The notes beneath the pieces were generated by a model, which saw only the letters and a program-made list of their open reading frames with translations, was not told where the DNA came from and did not search any database. A stretch of DNA of 64,000 nucleotides from Octopus sinensis (lineage: Eukaryota), in contig NC_042997.1 in the NCBI RefSeq assembly GCF_006345805.1, positions 62,248,001 to 62,312,000 of the forward strand. Direction: 5' to 3'. The position numbers and the translations under genes are program-made. Each line of letters begins with the position of its first letter. Positions within the stretch are counted from its first letter, which is position 1. Shown here piece after piece: positions 25,161-38,960 of this stretch.

Positions 25161-26448
25161 TATAATGCACGACCCTAAGGCAAATATAGAACGACTTTAT
25201 CTACCGAGAAAAGAGAGAGGCTTTGGACTTTTACAACTGGCACTAACAATGAAAATTGCCACAATTGGCCTAGATACCTACCTGAAAAACTCTGATGACT
25301 GGATGTTAAAATTTGTCTCAAAACATGAAAACAAGAAAGCATCATACTCAGTAACAAGACAGGCAAAGAAATATCTAAGTGAATTCCAAATACAACAAAT
25401 TCCGGAATTAGATATACTAAAAACAAGAGCAGAAAAGTTAAGCGCATGAAAACCTGTGCTAAAACTGCTGCCATAGATATTCTGAATGATAAGTGGCAAG
25501 AAAAACCTCTCAATGGCGAATACCCTAAAGAGCGAATGATGCCGATTTTGACAAAGCCCTTACCCATCAATGGCTAATGGCTTCTGGCTTATAATCTGAA
25601 ACAGAAGGGTTTATCATAGCCGCATAAGATCAATGCCTACCTACAAGGAACTACCAGGCCAACATATTAAAGAATGGTAGCTTCCCAACATGTCGTATAT
25701 GTCAACAACAAAATGAAACCATTGATCATGTCTCCATGTGCAGTCTTCTTGCGCCTACAGAGTATCTCAACAGAGATGATAGAGCTTCACAATATATTCA
25801 CTGGGTAATTTGCTAAAACCTGGACTTTGCCCCATGATAAAAACTTGTGGTAATACAAACCACCTCCAGTGCTTGAAAATGATCACATCTAACTCCGCTG
25901 GAACTTCACCATTCACACTGAAAGAAAGATAGATGCAAATAGGCCAGCCATCATATTGAAAGACTGCAGACAAAAACCAAGCCTCCTCATTGATATGACT
26001 GTCTCACTCGATATAATCGTATCTGTCAAGACCTACCAAAAACTGAGCAAGTATGAAGATCTTGAAATAGAAATTAGCAAAATATGGAACCTGAAGACTA
26101 AAACAATACCTGTTATCATAGGTGCCCTGGGAATGATAGCAAAAGGGGCTGATTTCTACCTAACTCAGATACCAGGAAACCCCAAAACAGTAGAAATTCA
26201 AAAGACAGTGCTCATGGCAACTGTCCATATCCTGCGCAAAATACTTTCTATTTAATCTCAAATTTTAAAACAAATACGTAATTTTCTTATGGGTTCTTAA
26301 ACATTGTCTGGAACAGCACTACGTACAAAACCAAATATATGGCACCCTATATGAAATTCTAACTTGTCTCTTAAGGTCTCTGGGTGAGACTTGGAGCCAA
26401 CTTGTACAAATGCAAGACAAAAGTCAAACTTAAAATAATAATAATAAT
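25161..26448 (+). mobile_element. 5'-truncated R4/Dong-like element (second subfamily), degenerate, ending in (TAA)n
   Basis: MHDPKANIERLYLPRKERGFGLLQL; CRICQQQNETIDH; NRPAII...KLSKYEDLEIEISKIWNLKTKTIPVIIGALG...ATVHILRKILSI*; 3'UTR then TAATAA. Confidence 0.88.
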
Positions 26449-27040
26449 CCTTTCTACTAGAGGAACAAGGCTTCAAATTTGGTGGGATGCAACTAGTAGA
26501 TTACATCGACCCCAGTGTTTCACTGGTACTTAATTTATCGGCCTCGAAAGGATGAAAAGCAAAGTCAACATCGGTGGAATTTAAACTCAGGATGTAAAGA
26601 CGTAATATCTATTTCTATTTCTTTACTACCTACAAGGGGCTAAACACAGAGAGGACAAACAAGGACAGACAAACGGATAAATCGACAAAGTCGATTATAT
26701 CGATCCCAGTGCGTAACTGGTACTTATATAATCGACCACGAAAGAATGAAAAGCAAAGTCGACCTCGGCGGATTTTGAACTCAGAACGTAGCGGCAGACG
26801 TAATACCTGTTTCTTTACTACCCACAAGGGGCTAAACACAGAGAGGACAAACAAAGACAGACAAACGGATTAGAGTCGATTACACCGACCCCAGTGCGTA
26901 AATGGTACTTATTTAATCGACCCCGAAAGGATGAAAGGCAAAGTCGACCTCGGCGGAATTTGAACTCAGAACATAGCGGCAGACGAAATACCGCTAAGCA
27001 TTTCGCCCGGCGTGCTATACGATTCTGCCAACTCGCCGCC
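26446..27040 (-). mobile_element. Three stacked SINE family B units (26446-26609, 26610-26807, 26808-27040) sharing one tRNA head
   Basis: Head GGCGGCGAGTTGGCAGAATCG at 27040, B box GAGTTCAAATTCC; the body is repeated three times. Confidence 0.92.
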
Positions 27041-27062
27041 TTAATAATAATAATAATAATAA

Positions 27063-27112
<50 letters not shown>

Positions 27113-27993
27113 TGATGATGATGATGATGATGATGATAGTGATGGGAACAACGACGAAGATAATGATACGTAGTTCCAAAATGCCGACAACCTACAGCTT
27201 GGAACCGGTAAAAGAATTAAAGTATAAATGACTAAATGCGGTTGCTAACGTGTTAAGCTAAATATAATATATAATGAAATTATTGTATACAGTGCTCAGG
27301 TGCACCACAACTTGTCAGAATGTGCGTATAAAGTACATGCAGTAATGTAGAAATGTCTGGAAAACGAACAATGTATGAGTCAGATACATGCTTGTGTGTG
27401 TATGGAGGGGAGAAAATCAGGTGTAGTGTTGGCGAATCTCAGAAATGTTTTGTGATAGCCAGTCACGTACCTTTTTGTTGAGAAAATAAAAGTCCTACCA
27501 TGACTAATTTCATTTTCTTTTTTAATATTGACGCAAAATAGAAAATGTTTTTAGGTCGGTATGTAGTTAAGTCAATTTAATCAATACACTAGGCCCACCA
27601 TATAAAAGCTTCACCCTTGAGCAAAATGTGAGAAATTATGTATAAAAACATTTGCTTTTGGGGACTGATAAACTACTTAGCAACCACTACCTTTATCGGC
27701 TGTGCCCTTCAACTAAGACAGACAACACTGAGCTTCACCAGGGAACCGTTATTGAATGAAAAAGACACACAAACAGTCAAGATACTCTGCTGTCGATCGT
27801 GTTATTTGACAGTTAATACAGACAGACTACTGAGAGGCGTAGGAAAAATACAATTTTTTCATTCGAAGCTTTAAAGGAAATTTCCATTCTTATACGTTTG
27901 TTTGACTCAGGCAATAAAGTTTATTTTATGACTTCTTTCTTCGCTAGCCACTAAACCTTTTTCTATTTTCTTTCCCTGTTTATTTCTGTGTTC

Positions 27994-28030
27994 CTTTCTG
28001 TCGAAGAGCGTAGGCTTGAAAACGTAAAAG
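27994..28030 (+). ncRNA. Degenerate hammerhead-like motif, probably a PLE 3' remnant
   Basis: CTTT-CTGTCGA-A-GAGC-GTAG-GCTT-GAAA-ACGT-A-AAAG: stems I and II and an ACGT palindrome are present, but the core has A6>T and one extra A. Confidence 0.4.
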
Positions 28031-28092
28031 ACTTTCTCACTTTTCGAACATTAAACTAATACATCTGTATGTTGTTTACACACTCACATGGT

Positions 28093-28149
<57 letters not shown>

Positions 28150-28171
28150 CACATATATATATATATATATA

Positions 28172-28203
<32 letters not shown>

Positions 28204-28458
28204 CCATGTGAGTGTGCCTTTGTGTCTGTGCGTATCATCCTTGACAACTAGTGTTAGTTTGTTTACGTCCCAGTAACATAGCAGTTCGGCAAAACAGACC
28301 GTTAGAATAAGTACCAGGCCCAAAAATAAGAGTACTGGGATCGATTCATTCGAGAAAGATCCTTCAAGGTGGTGATTCATCCACAATGGGTGCAGTCTAA
28401 TGACTGAACCAAGTAAACGAAAAAATACTATAACTTTATTAAGTAAATATATATATAC

Positions 28459-28612
28459 TTTTTTATTACCAAAGTCGCAAAAGCAACACAAAAAGCTGCT
28501 ACTCAGAGTTCCTGTTCGTCGGGTAATTCTTGATCACATCTGCACGACGAACGGGAACGGGAAACTCTGAGTAGCAACTTTTTGTGGTGTTTTTGCAGCT
28601 TTGATAATAAAG
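28459..28612. repeat. Short fold-back (about 63-bp arms) carrying half-hammerhead GAA-ACTCTGAGT-A
   Basis: 28459-28521 is an imperfect reverse complement of 28545-28612. Confidence 0.85.
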
Positions 28613-28696
28613 AAAAAAGCATATTACTGTACCTCTGGTATTTGAGTACTATTTTTTCCACATTGTTTCGCATTTATGTACTTACTCATGTATATA

Positions 28697-28743
<47 letters not shown>

Positions 28744-29049
28744 TACATACAATATTTTTATTACATATATAATTATATATACATACATACATACATACAT
28801 ACATACATACATACATACATACATACATACATACATACATACATACATACATACGTATCTATAGAAACAGATATACACATGCACAAGAGTGGGTTAAAAA
28901 GTTCTCTATCTCACTATGAAGAAGTGAGGCTAGAGCTGTGAAATCTTGCATGCAATAATTTCGACCTTTCTTCTTAATAACTTTATTGATTTTTTTCCAG
29001 GTAAACCGATATCGGACTGTTTAAAGTAAACTTTGAATGTAACTAGTAG

Positions 29050-29690
29050 CGACCTCTCTTGAAAATGGACAATATTTAGCATTGTGGTGTTATCAAGTAG
29101 TGCAGAAAGAGTTAGCCCTTAAGGTCATTCATGCTGACACGGATAAGACATTATAGGATGATGCTCCATCATCAACAATGCAAAAGTGTGAAGATGAATT
29201 GAGGAGGGGGAAGACAAAGTCTTGAAGATGACCCAATGTCTGGTTGTCCTATAACTGCCACCACCGCAGAAAACATGGATCATGTTCACTATAAGGTGAT
29301 CGATGTCAGGGGAATTATTATATACCCAATAGATAAGACTATTAGCACGGTGAGTGGCCACATCCTCTGACATCTAACCAAAAGCGCAACAGGCTGATCA
29401 CATCATGGAATAATCTGACGTTGTTTGAAGCAGGTTCAGCTGGTTTCCTTGAACGTTTCCTAAGGCAGGATGAATGATGGGTTTATCAATTTGAGACAAA
29501 AAGAAAGAGGCAATCCATGCAGTGGAGACACCCTTACTCACCTGCTTCAAAGAAGGCTAAGTCGTTTCATTTATAAGGAAGGTGATGTCCTCAGTTTTTT
29601 TGGGATGCAAAAGGCATTGTGTTTATTGAAAAGTTCTACTATGCTAACTTGTTGTATCAGTTACGAAGGGGTATCAAGGGCTACAAAGGC
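29050..29690 (+). mobile_element. mariner transposase pseudogene fragment
   Basis: SLEDDPMSGCP (HTH linker), FLERFLRQDE*WVYQFE (first catalytic D), KVMSSVFWDAKGIVFI. Confidence 0.8.
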
Positions 29691-29715
29691 ACACTCACAC
29701 GGTTATATATATATA

Positions 29716-30311
<596 letters not shown>

Positions 30312-30464
30312 CTCAGATGCAGCACGGATTTTTGTCAGTGAACAGGTCGCGGTCTTAAAGCCACGAAAATATTTTGACAAATTAAACTTAAATGTTGAAG
30401 TGAATCGAACGGCTTTTGTGTGTTTCTTAAATGGCTTACAAACACCTTCCGCGCTGCAATTGTT

Positions 30465-30519
<55 letters not shown>

Positions 30520-30677
30520 TGTGTGTGTGTGTGTTTGTTTGTGTGTGTGTATGTGTGTGTGTGTTTACTATATATGCATGGCGGGTTTCTTTCAGTTTCC
30601 GTCTACCAAATTCACTTGCGCGGTTTTGGTCGGCCCGAAGCTATAGTAGGTGCACATAATTGTATATAATTATATCA

Positions 30678-30765
<88 letters not shown>

Positions 30766-30805
30766 GTCTGTCTGTCTGTCTGTCTGTCTATGTCTTCTCC
30801 CTCTG

Positions 30806-30867
<62 letters not shown>

Positions 30868-30869
<2 letters not shown>

Positions 30870-30998
30870 CGCAAGAGAAGCTGTGTGGTAAGTAGCTTGC
30901 TTACCAACCACATGGTTCCGGGTTCAGTCTCATTGTGTGGCACCTTGGGCATAGCCTTGTGAGTAGACTTGGTAGATGGAAACTGAAACAAGCCCGTC

Positions 30999-31058
<60 letters not shown>

Positions 31059-31302
31059 GTGTGTGTACGTATATATGTATGTGTGTGTATATGTGTGTCT
31101 GTGTTTGTCCCCCCAACATCACTTGACAACCGATGCTGGTCTGTTTACGTCCCCGTAACTTAGCGGTTCGGCAAAAGAGACGATAGAATAAGTACTAGGC
31201 TTACAAAGAATAAGTTTTGGAGTCGATTTGCTCGACTAAATGCGGTGCCCAGCATGGACGCAGTCAAATTACTGAAACAAGTAAACGACTAAAAGAAAAG
31301 AA
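30868..31302 (+). mobile_element. SINE family A, near full length
   Basis: Collinear with 29857-30280. Confidence 0.9.
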
Positions 31303-31306
31303 TACA

Positions 31307-31340
<34 letters not shown>

Positions 31341-31345
31341 CATAT

Positions 31346-31429
<84 letters not shown>

Positions 31430-31444
<15 letters not shown>

Positions 31445-31735
31445 TTCTCGATGTCAACTTCCGGTATTGACATAGCAATGACAAAAACCTTTACTCTCTG
31501 TTTTGACGTTTTCATTTCAAGTCTTAATTCAATATTTGCAAACAACTACGATAAATTACTGAAATAAATATTTACTATGTTCACAAATTTAAACATTCCA
31601 TACAAGAACTTTTATTTATACTACTTTCTCATTTCATGTTTATTTCATTCATTGTTCGCAACATTCTCTCTCACACACACGCACACGTGTGTTTTTGTAA
31701 GTACGTTTGTATATAGTTAAGTATGTGTGTATGTT

Positions 31736-31767
<32 letters not shown>

Positions 31768-32215
31768 TGATGAAAATGATGAACATTGAGACCTTGCATT
31801 GACTGAAGCATCAGTATCAGATTCTCCAAGGAAACTCCATAAACTTTTTGCTATTATACAGGACGTGTCAACTTGGCAGTCTCCTACAGATTTGGATGAA
31901 ACATCATGAGGACATGGCTGAGGACTTAAAGTATGCAGTTCAACAGGTAAACCCAGATATCAATATCTCCGAAACAATTTATAACCAAGCACTGATTGAA
32001 ATTGAGGATCAAGTTTTGGCTATGGGAGGAAAAAAATTGCAGGAGTCTGGCTCTGGACTGCCAAAAATAAACCGTCAAATGAGAGAGTTAACTTCAAGAG
32101 ACATAGCAAGAGAGACAAATTATGACATCACAGACTTGTTAATGAACATGAACCTAAACTCCTTCCAGAACAACGCCGAGCATATAAGACTTTTTATTCA
32201 TTATTATTATTATTA

Positions 32216-32257
<42 letters not shown>

Positions 32258-32392
32258 GAATTCGGAATTGATTTGCCAATTGAAAAATAAGTTCAATTTA
32301 GAATAACAATTTTCTATACAGCATATTTTACTTTTTCTTCCAATATTTAAGGAACAACTTCATTCCCGGGCTACGCCGGATGCTTCTGGTAG
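31430..32392 (+). mobile_element. Non-autonomous Helitron retaining an internal RepHel fragment
   Basis: ORF 31848.. WMKHHEDMAED...IYNQALIEIEDQVLAMGGKKL (Rep-helicase linker; homologous to the 37.6-kb Helitron); 3' hairpin CCGG-GCTACG-CCGG then GTAG|T at 32392. Confidence 0.7.
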
Positions 32393-32400
32393 TATATATA

Positions 32401-32449
<49 letters not shown>

Positions 32450-32494
32450 ATATATATTATATATATATATATATATAATATATATATATATATA

Positions 32495-32557
<63 letters not shown>

Positions 32558-33285
32558 GAGGTATTCCATCAATTCACCTATCTCGGCTCTAACATCGCTG
32601 ATGATTTCTCCCTGGACCCTGAGATCAAGAGGCGAATTGGACAAGCATCTTCTATATTTGCCAGGCTTAGAAAGAGTGTCTGAGGAAACAAAAAAACTGA
32701 CTGCAAACACGAAAATTGTTGTGTATAAGGCGTGTGTCCTAAGTACGCTCCTTTATGGCAGTGAAACGTGGGACGTCTACTCTAGACAGGAGTGGCCTCT
32801 CAACGTATTCTACCATCGCAATTTAAGACGCATCGTGGACATCAAGTGGACCGACCACATCCCCAACACCGAAATATTCAACCGAGCCAAGATATCCCTG
32901 CATAAACATCTTGCTCCAGCAGCATTGTTTGTGCTGGCTGGGTCATGTTCATTGCATGCCAGACGGAAGGATCCAAAAAAACCTCTTGTATGGGGAGTTG
33001 GCTACTGGCACAAGAGCACGAGGACGACCTCATCTTCGACCTCATCATCGTCCAGACTGGAGGCAAATACTGCGGAATGGAATGAAAAGAGTGGAAGAAA
33101 AACAGGTACGCACCATCAGAGAAAAGCGCACTTGACGGAAGGAAAAATCAGCAGCATCGGCAGAGAGCTCCTTCAAATGCAGTCGACGTATGCGTGAATG
33201 CCATTCACGTGTGGGCCTGTACAGCCACAACAGACGCTGCACCACCACCAGCAGCTGACACAATATCTTTAGGTGCAGATCCCTG
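32558..33285 (+). mobile_element. RTE (BovB-like) LINE 3' fragment
   Basis: FTYLGS; TKIVVYKACVLSTLLYGSETW; WLGHVHCMPDGRIQKNLLYGELATGTRARGRP. Confidence 0.9.
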
Positions 33286-33381
33286 GCCTCTACTGCAATA
33301 TATATAAGTAAGTTTCTATATTTGTTTTACAAGATTCCTGATGTGAAATCATATGTTGAAACAGATATTTTTATATTTCGG

Positions 33382-33641
33382 GATGGCCATGTTTTTTTTT
33401 CCCCAAATAAACACACGCACTATATATTCGTTCTTCACTTCAGCTTTATTATTGTTCTTATTTTAGTTTCTTTTGAAATCTTGGACTAAACAGAACAGGA
33501 TGAGACACGTGGGATGGAGAGTAGCTGAAGAGGTCACAGAATATGTGACGAAAGGACACTAAAATAAGAACAATAATAAAGCTGAAGTGAAGAACGAATA
33601 TATAGTACTTCTGTTTATTTGGCGAAAAGAATATGACCATC
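33382..33641. repeat. Fold-back element (perfect 49-bp inverted core) with a hammerhead core in its loop
   Basis: 33419-33467 is the exact reverse complement of 33558-33606; the loop holds CTGAAGA(33525)-G-GTCAC-AGAATAT-GTGAC-GAAA. Confidence 0.85.
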
Positions 33642-35518
33642 TGGAAAGTGATTATTCTTGTTTTTAGTTCCGGGTATAACTTTAATCTGTTTAGAACCTC
33701 TGTATGGGTGAATGGATCTATATTATTCTACCATTACCTTAAGGAAAAAGTGTTGTTTGTGTCAATTCATTTCATTAGGATTATTGAAAATATGAGCTGG
33801 TACTCCGTTGGGGAACCAAATCTACTTCGAATCTTATTCTACCGTTCACATAACAGTAGATGAACTTGAAAATATAAGACGGAATGTGGATCATGGATAT
33901 TTTCGATTAGTGTGGTCATGCGTTTTAAACTAGAACAGCAGCAACATTTCATGAGTGAACCCTTACATGGCAAATATCATCAATTGGTATTTCAAAAATG
34001 TTACAAGGCAAACGGTCGTCATCAGTTGATGTCCGAGCGGCTACTTCGTCAAATGCGCCAAAGATGTAGGAAATCAAGTGGCATGTGGCTGATTTTTACA
34101 ACGATAAAGAAGGAGGGAGTTATCCTCATAAGTAGAAGGAGGATAGTTTTTGGATCTATTGAAACTTGAATCAAGTATAGAATTGTAATCTTGTGTCGAA
34201 AACGTAATTTTATGATTTTATGGTAAGATCGCTATTCCCTTCTCATTTTCTGGACAAGGACACATCAATTTTAAACTTCTCTCATTCCTCTCGGCACAAA
34301 GCATTCCACTGAAATATTTGCATTACTTTTTACCAACGCAGATCATCACTGTTTTTCTTGAAATTTCTCGAGCATTTATAGAGCTGTGTTCTATACAATA
34401 ACGACCATGGCGTGTTGCGAATATAGAAACTGTAATGTGGGAAGATGATGTCGTTTCCAATCTGTCGCCAAAACAGGAATTAGTTCTGTTAATGCTGCTG
34501 TTGCCTAACCTCGGGGCAATTGTAATCGTGGACTCATATAACCAAAGGATTTTCAGGTCGTACCCATCTTATTTTTAAAGGTAAGTTGGACTAAGATTCC
34601 TTCCAATCCTTCAAGGCTTTGGGATTGTACTTGGACGCAGATTTTACATCTAATTCTAGTAAGATGAGTGACCTCGTAATAGTGCCTTTTATTTCAAAAA
34701 GTGTTGGATGGCGGACAATATGTCTCACAGTTTCTAGTTAATCTTTGTACGTTCTCAGTTCAAATCTTGCCTGATCAAATATTACTTTGTACCTCCACAT
34801 TAACACACACCGGATCAATAAAATAGTTACCAGTATAATAAGTTACAAATCAATATTAGTTCTATTTTATTAAGTGAACGAGAAACCAAGTTTATTTATT
34901 TATTTGTTTTATGCAAGATATTTCAATTGTTATGCTGTAGCTGTTGTTTATTCCCAGGTCTGCGTCCACTAAGCCGATATAAAGGCGTGCCGTCCGTTAC
35001 CGTCCAATCTTCTGTTATTTTTTCAGAAGCACATTATCCTGTTTGTCCTTTCTAGCTTAAGATGTTAGTGTGTGGGTTTAGGGAAATTTGGCTGCTATTT
35101 CTAGCAGGAAAAGGGAGTCCATAGAGGCTCACCCGTCGGCTCAAGTCAGAAAGTTATAGTTGACCTGGTAAACTTGGTGTGCTGTGATGGGAAGATGAAG
35201 GTCATCTCAATATGTAGCAAAGTAACAGTTGGTGTACTAAATAGTTAAATCAAACATAGATACACCCTACACAAATACGCAAATGTACAAACAAATATAT
35301 TTTAAAAGATGTGTGCGTTTACACACATACATAGATACATATATATATATAGATATGTATTTATACATACATGTATACATATGTGTATATATAAGTTCAG
35401 CAAAATTTAGATTCTAATGAATATGATTTAGATGCACCAGAATTTTGTACGGTATTATCCATATAAATCCATGGGGTGATTATAATCAAAGTAAGCAACA
35501 AGAATATCTTCTCTAATT

Positions 35519-35602
35519 TGGTACGATCGTTTCATGCTACATCATTTTATTAAACATTGTAAGTATTACATCAGTTTTAAAATGCTGAGCAATCTTCAGC
35601 CA
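35519..35602 (-). ncRNA. Minimal type-I hammerhead ribozyme motif (PLE type)
   Basis: TGG-CTGAAGA-TTGCT...AGCAT-GAA-ACGATCGT-A-CCA. Confidence 0.72.
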
Positions 35603-36061
35603 TTCATAGAGGTTTTCCATCAATACATATACTTATTTCCATGTCAATTGCTAACATTATAAAGAGGGTAGATATTCAGACAGAGAGGTTGATTTGATTG
35701 TTAAGAACATTATAGTGATAGAATTTATCTTCTGACTAGATTTTTCTTTTAGTTATTTGGATCTGCTTGTGAGGAGGGAGGGATATTCGGTTGAATGGGG
35801 ACAAAGAGTTTTTCTATTTATAGATATAGGAAGGGGTAAAATAAATGTCAAAAGTTATTCATGTTGAAGTTGAAGTGGTGGGAGGATTATAGACTAATAA
35901 TGTCTTAGAGGTTGCCTACTACTACTTAATATTCTGATCTTGTCTCAAGAAAACTAAGCCAATACCCTTTATACAATTAACTGAATGATCTCAATAAACA
36001 TTTGTATCTTATATAGTTATAGGAAATATAAAAATTCTTTTACATTTGCATAAATATATAT

Positions 36062-36415
36062 ACTCTTTACTCTTTTACTTTTTTCAGTCCTTTGACTGCG
36101 GCCATGCTGGAGTACTGCCTTTTAGTCGAGCAAATTGACCTCGGGACTTATTCTTTGCAAGTCCCGTACTTATTCTATCTGTCTCTTTTGCCGAACCGCT
36201 AAGTAACGGGGACATCAACACTAGGGGACAAACACAGACACACAAACACACACACGCATATATATATATATACATATATACGACGGGCTTCTTTCAGTTT
36301 CCGTCTACCAAATCCACTCACAAGGCTTTGGTCGGCCCGAGGCTATAGTAGAAGACTGAACCCAGAACCATGTGGTTGGTAGACAAGCTACTTACCACAC
36401 AGCCACTCCTGCGCC
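36062..36415 (-). mobile_element. SINE family A
   Basis: Reverse complement of 29857-30280 with small deletions. Confidence 0.92.
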
Positions 36416-36666
36416 TATATATGCATTTGCATTAATATATATAATCATAATTGGCTAGTAAGTGGTGATTATTTTAATAAGTTGGATTAAAAGAAAATGT
36501 TAGACCTAATATTTACTAAATTTGGAGAAAAAACCCATTATTTATTTAGTATATATATTATGAGTAGGCATAATAATTAATAACCGTGGACAAAAGTCTT
36601 ATTAATTAAGTGTATATATTAGGAGTTAATAATATATATTAGAAATAATGGAAGAGAAATAATCAA

Positions 36667-36914
36667 GATGAGTAATTTTCTTAGATTTAGTAGATGGTGA
36701 TTTATTATTAATGAATCAAATTAAAAGAATCTGTAAGACATAATATTTACTACCCGCGAAGAAAACCTAATCAATTAAGTAAAAATATCAGATGAGTAAT
36801 TTTCTTAGATTTAGTAGATGGTGATTTATTATTAATGAATCAAATTAAAAGAATCTGTAAGACATAATATTTACTACCCGCGAAGAAAACCTAATCAATT
36901 AAGTAAAAATATCA
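36667..36914. repeat. Perfect 124-bp tandem duplication
   Basis: Units start at 36667 and 36791 and are identical by eye. Confidence 0.95.
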
Positions 36915-37189
36915 GGGGTCAATAATATATATTAAAAAATGGAAGTGAGGTAATCATGATGAACCGAGTAATTTCTTTAGATACATAGAATTTTTTTCCT
37001 ATTTAATATAGGAGATTATCAATATGTGTATATATATATACACACACAAACATACTTATACAAACGCGCACACATACATACACACAGAGATATATACTCT
37101 TCAGCTCTGAAACTAGTTTCAGCTCGAAACATGTGTGCATGTGTGTGCGTGTGTGTGTGCATAACTGTAATAACCTCTATTACTTTATA

Positions 37190-38960
37190 TTACTATAAGA
37201 AAAAGCGGAGCTGACGTTGAGGGTCCTCCAAGTATAAAATTATTTGTTTAGACAATCGAAAGTTTACTATGCGCATCTGAGTTACTATGAATGTTTCTTT
37301 TTGAAGCTGTTTCTTCATGAAATAAGAGGGCCAACTTCCTTCCAAGAACGATTGTTGGTCAAACTGTTCGCACTTATAGAGAAGCCTGTTTAGCCTTAAA
37401 TTTGTTTGTTAGAAGGTGACAATCAGTGGAGTAGAACAATAGCCGAGGCTTCAGTGTCACGCACACCTATATTTCTTTGAGAGATATTTTTACAATTCTT
37501 CTCCTGAATTGTGAAGTAAGTAATCCGTTAGCGTTGTGGTACAAATATAAGAATGATTTATCAGAAAACTACAAATATCAAGCACCATTAAGATTCCCTG
37601 AGAGGGAAATAGCATTCAACGATGACATATAATTCTGCATCGGTTGATATTGAAGATCGCGTTGTCTCAATGGGAGGGGAGGAGTTCAGCAAGTTTAGCT
37701 TACCTGAAACTCATCGAAATTTGATTACAGAAGTTTTGCGAGAAACTTCGTATGATATTGATTCATTAACAAAATTTCTTGAAGAAAATGTCCCGAAACT
37801 TTTGTCAGACCAACAACTTGCATATACAACAATCATTGACCAAATCACACATAAGAAAGGAAGATTATATATTTTAGACGCACCAGGGGGAACTGGAAAA
37901 ATTTTTGTTAGTGCTAGCCAAATCCGGCAGAAAAAGTAGATAGCTTTAGCCATAGCGAGCTGTGGAATTGCTGCGACTTTACTCCCAGGCGGTCGAAGAG
38001 CTTACGCAGCATTCAAGCTGCTATTCAGACTAACTTCAATTGATGAACTTGTCTGCAATATTAGTAAAAGTTCTTGTTTAGCTCAAGTTCTCAAGAAATG
38101 GGACGAAGCTGCAATGTACCATAAAAAATCAGTAGAAGCTGTTAACAGAATGCTGCAGGATTTGCGCAATTCTGATTGTTTGATGCGAGGTGTGACAGTA
38201 GTACTTTCAGGTAATTTCAGACAAACTTTGCTAGTGATTCCCAGAGGAAGAAAGAAGGGTGAATTGAAAGCATGGCTGAAATCTTCTGTTTTATAGAAAC
38301 ATATTAAAGTGTTAAAGCTTTCTACAAATATGGGGGCACATTTGCATGGGGATCAACTGTCGGAAAAATTTGCCCATACTATTTTGCACTTGGAGAAGGA
38401 AGTCTAGATATCAATCATGAAGGTGACTGGAATCCATAAAAAATTGCACTTTAGTCAGCTCGGTTGAGGAACTTATTGAGAAAGTTTTTCCAAATATATT
38501 TTCAACTTACACAAATGCTGCTTGGTTGTGCGAGAAACTTTTATCGGGAAACGAACATACTTACAAATCTATAGACTCCCTTGTGGAAGAATCGGAAATA
38601 TTCAATTACCCGGTTGAGTTCTTAAACTCACTGCAGCCACCAGGAGCTCCTCCTCATTGCCTTCCATTGAAAATAGGCGCTCCAATCATGCCTCTGCGCA
38701 ACCTTTCTCAACCAAAGCTGTGCAATGGCACAAAACTTGTTGTCAAGAAATAAATAAGAAATGTCATACAGGCCACAATAATTTCTGACTCTGCAAAAGG
38801 TGAAGATGTTTTTATTCCTCACTTACATTTAATACCTTCCAATATGCCCTTCGAGTTCAAATGACTTCAATTTCCAATACGTCTGTCTTCTGCGATGCCC
38901 ATTAATAAGTCCCAAGGCCAGATAAGAAAGTTGCTGGTTTGCAATTAGAAGAGCAGTTTA
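37190..38960 (+). mobile_element. Helitron Pif1-like helicase region, pseudogenised
   Basis: LDAPGGTGK (Walker A), [38 protein letters not shown]...LRNL..PKLCNGT, QFPIRL...INKSQGQ, split by stops and frameshifts. Confidence 0.92.
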
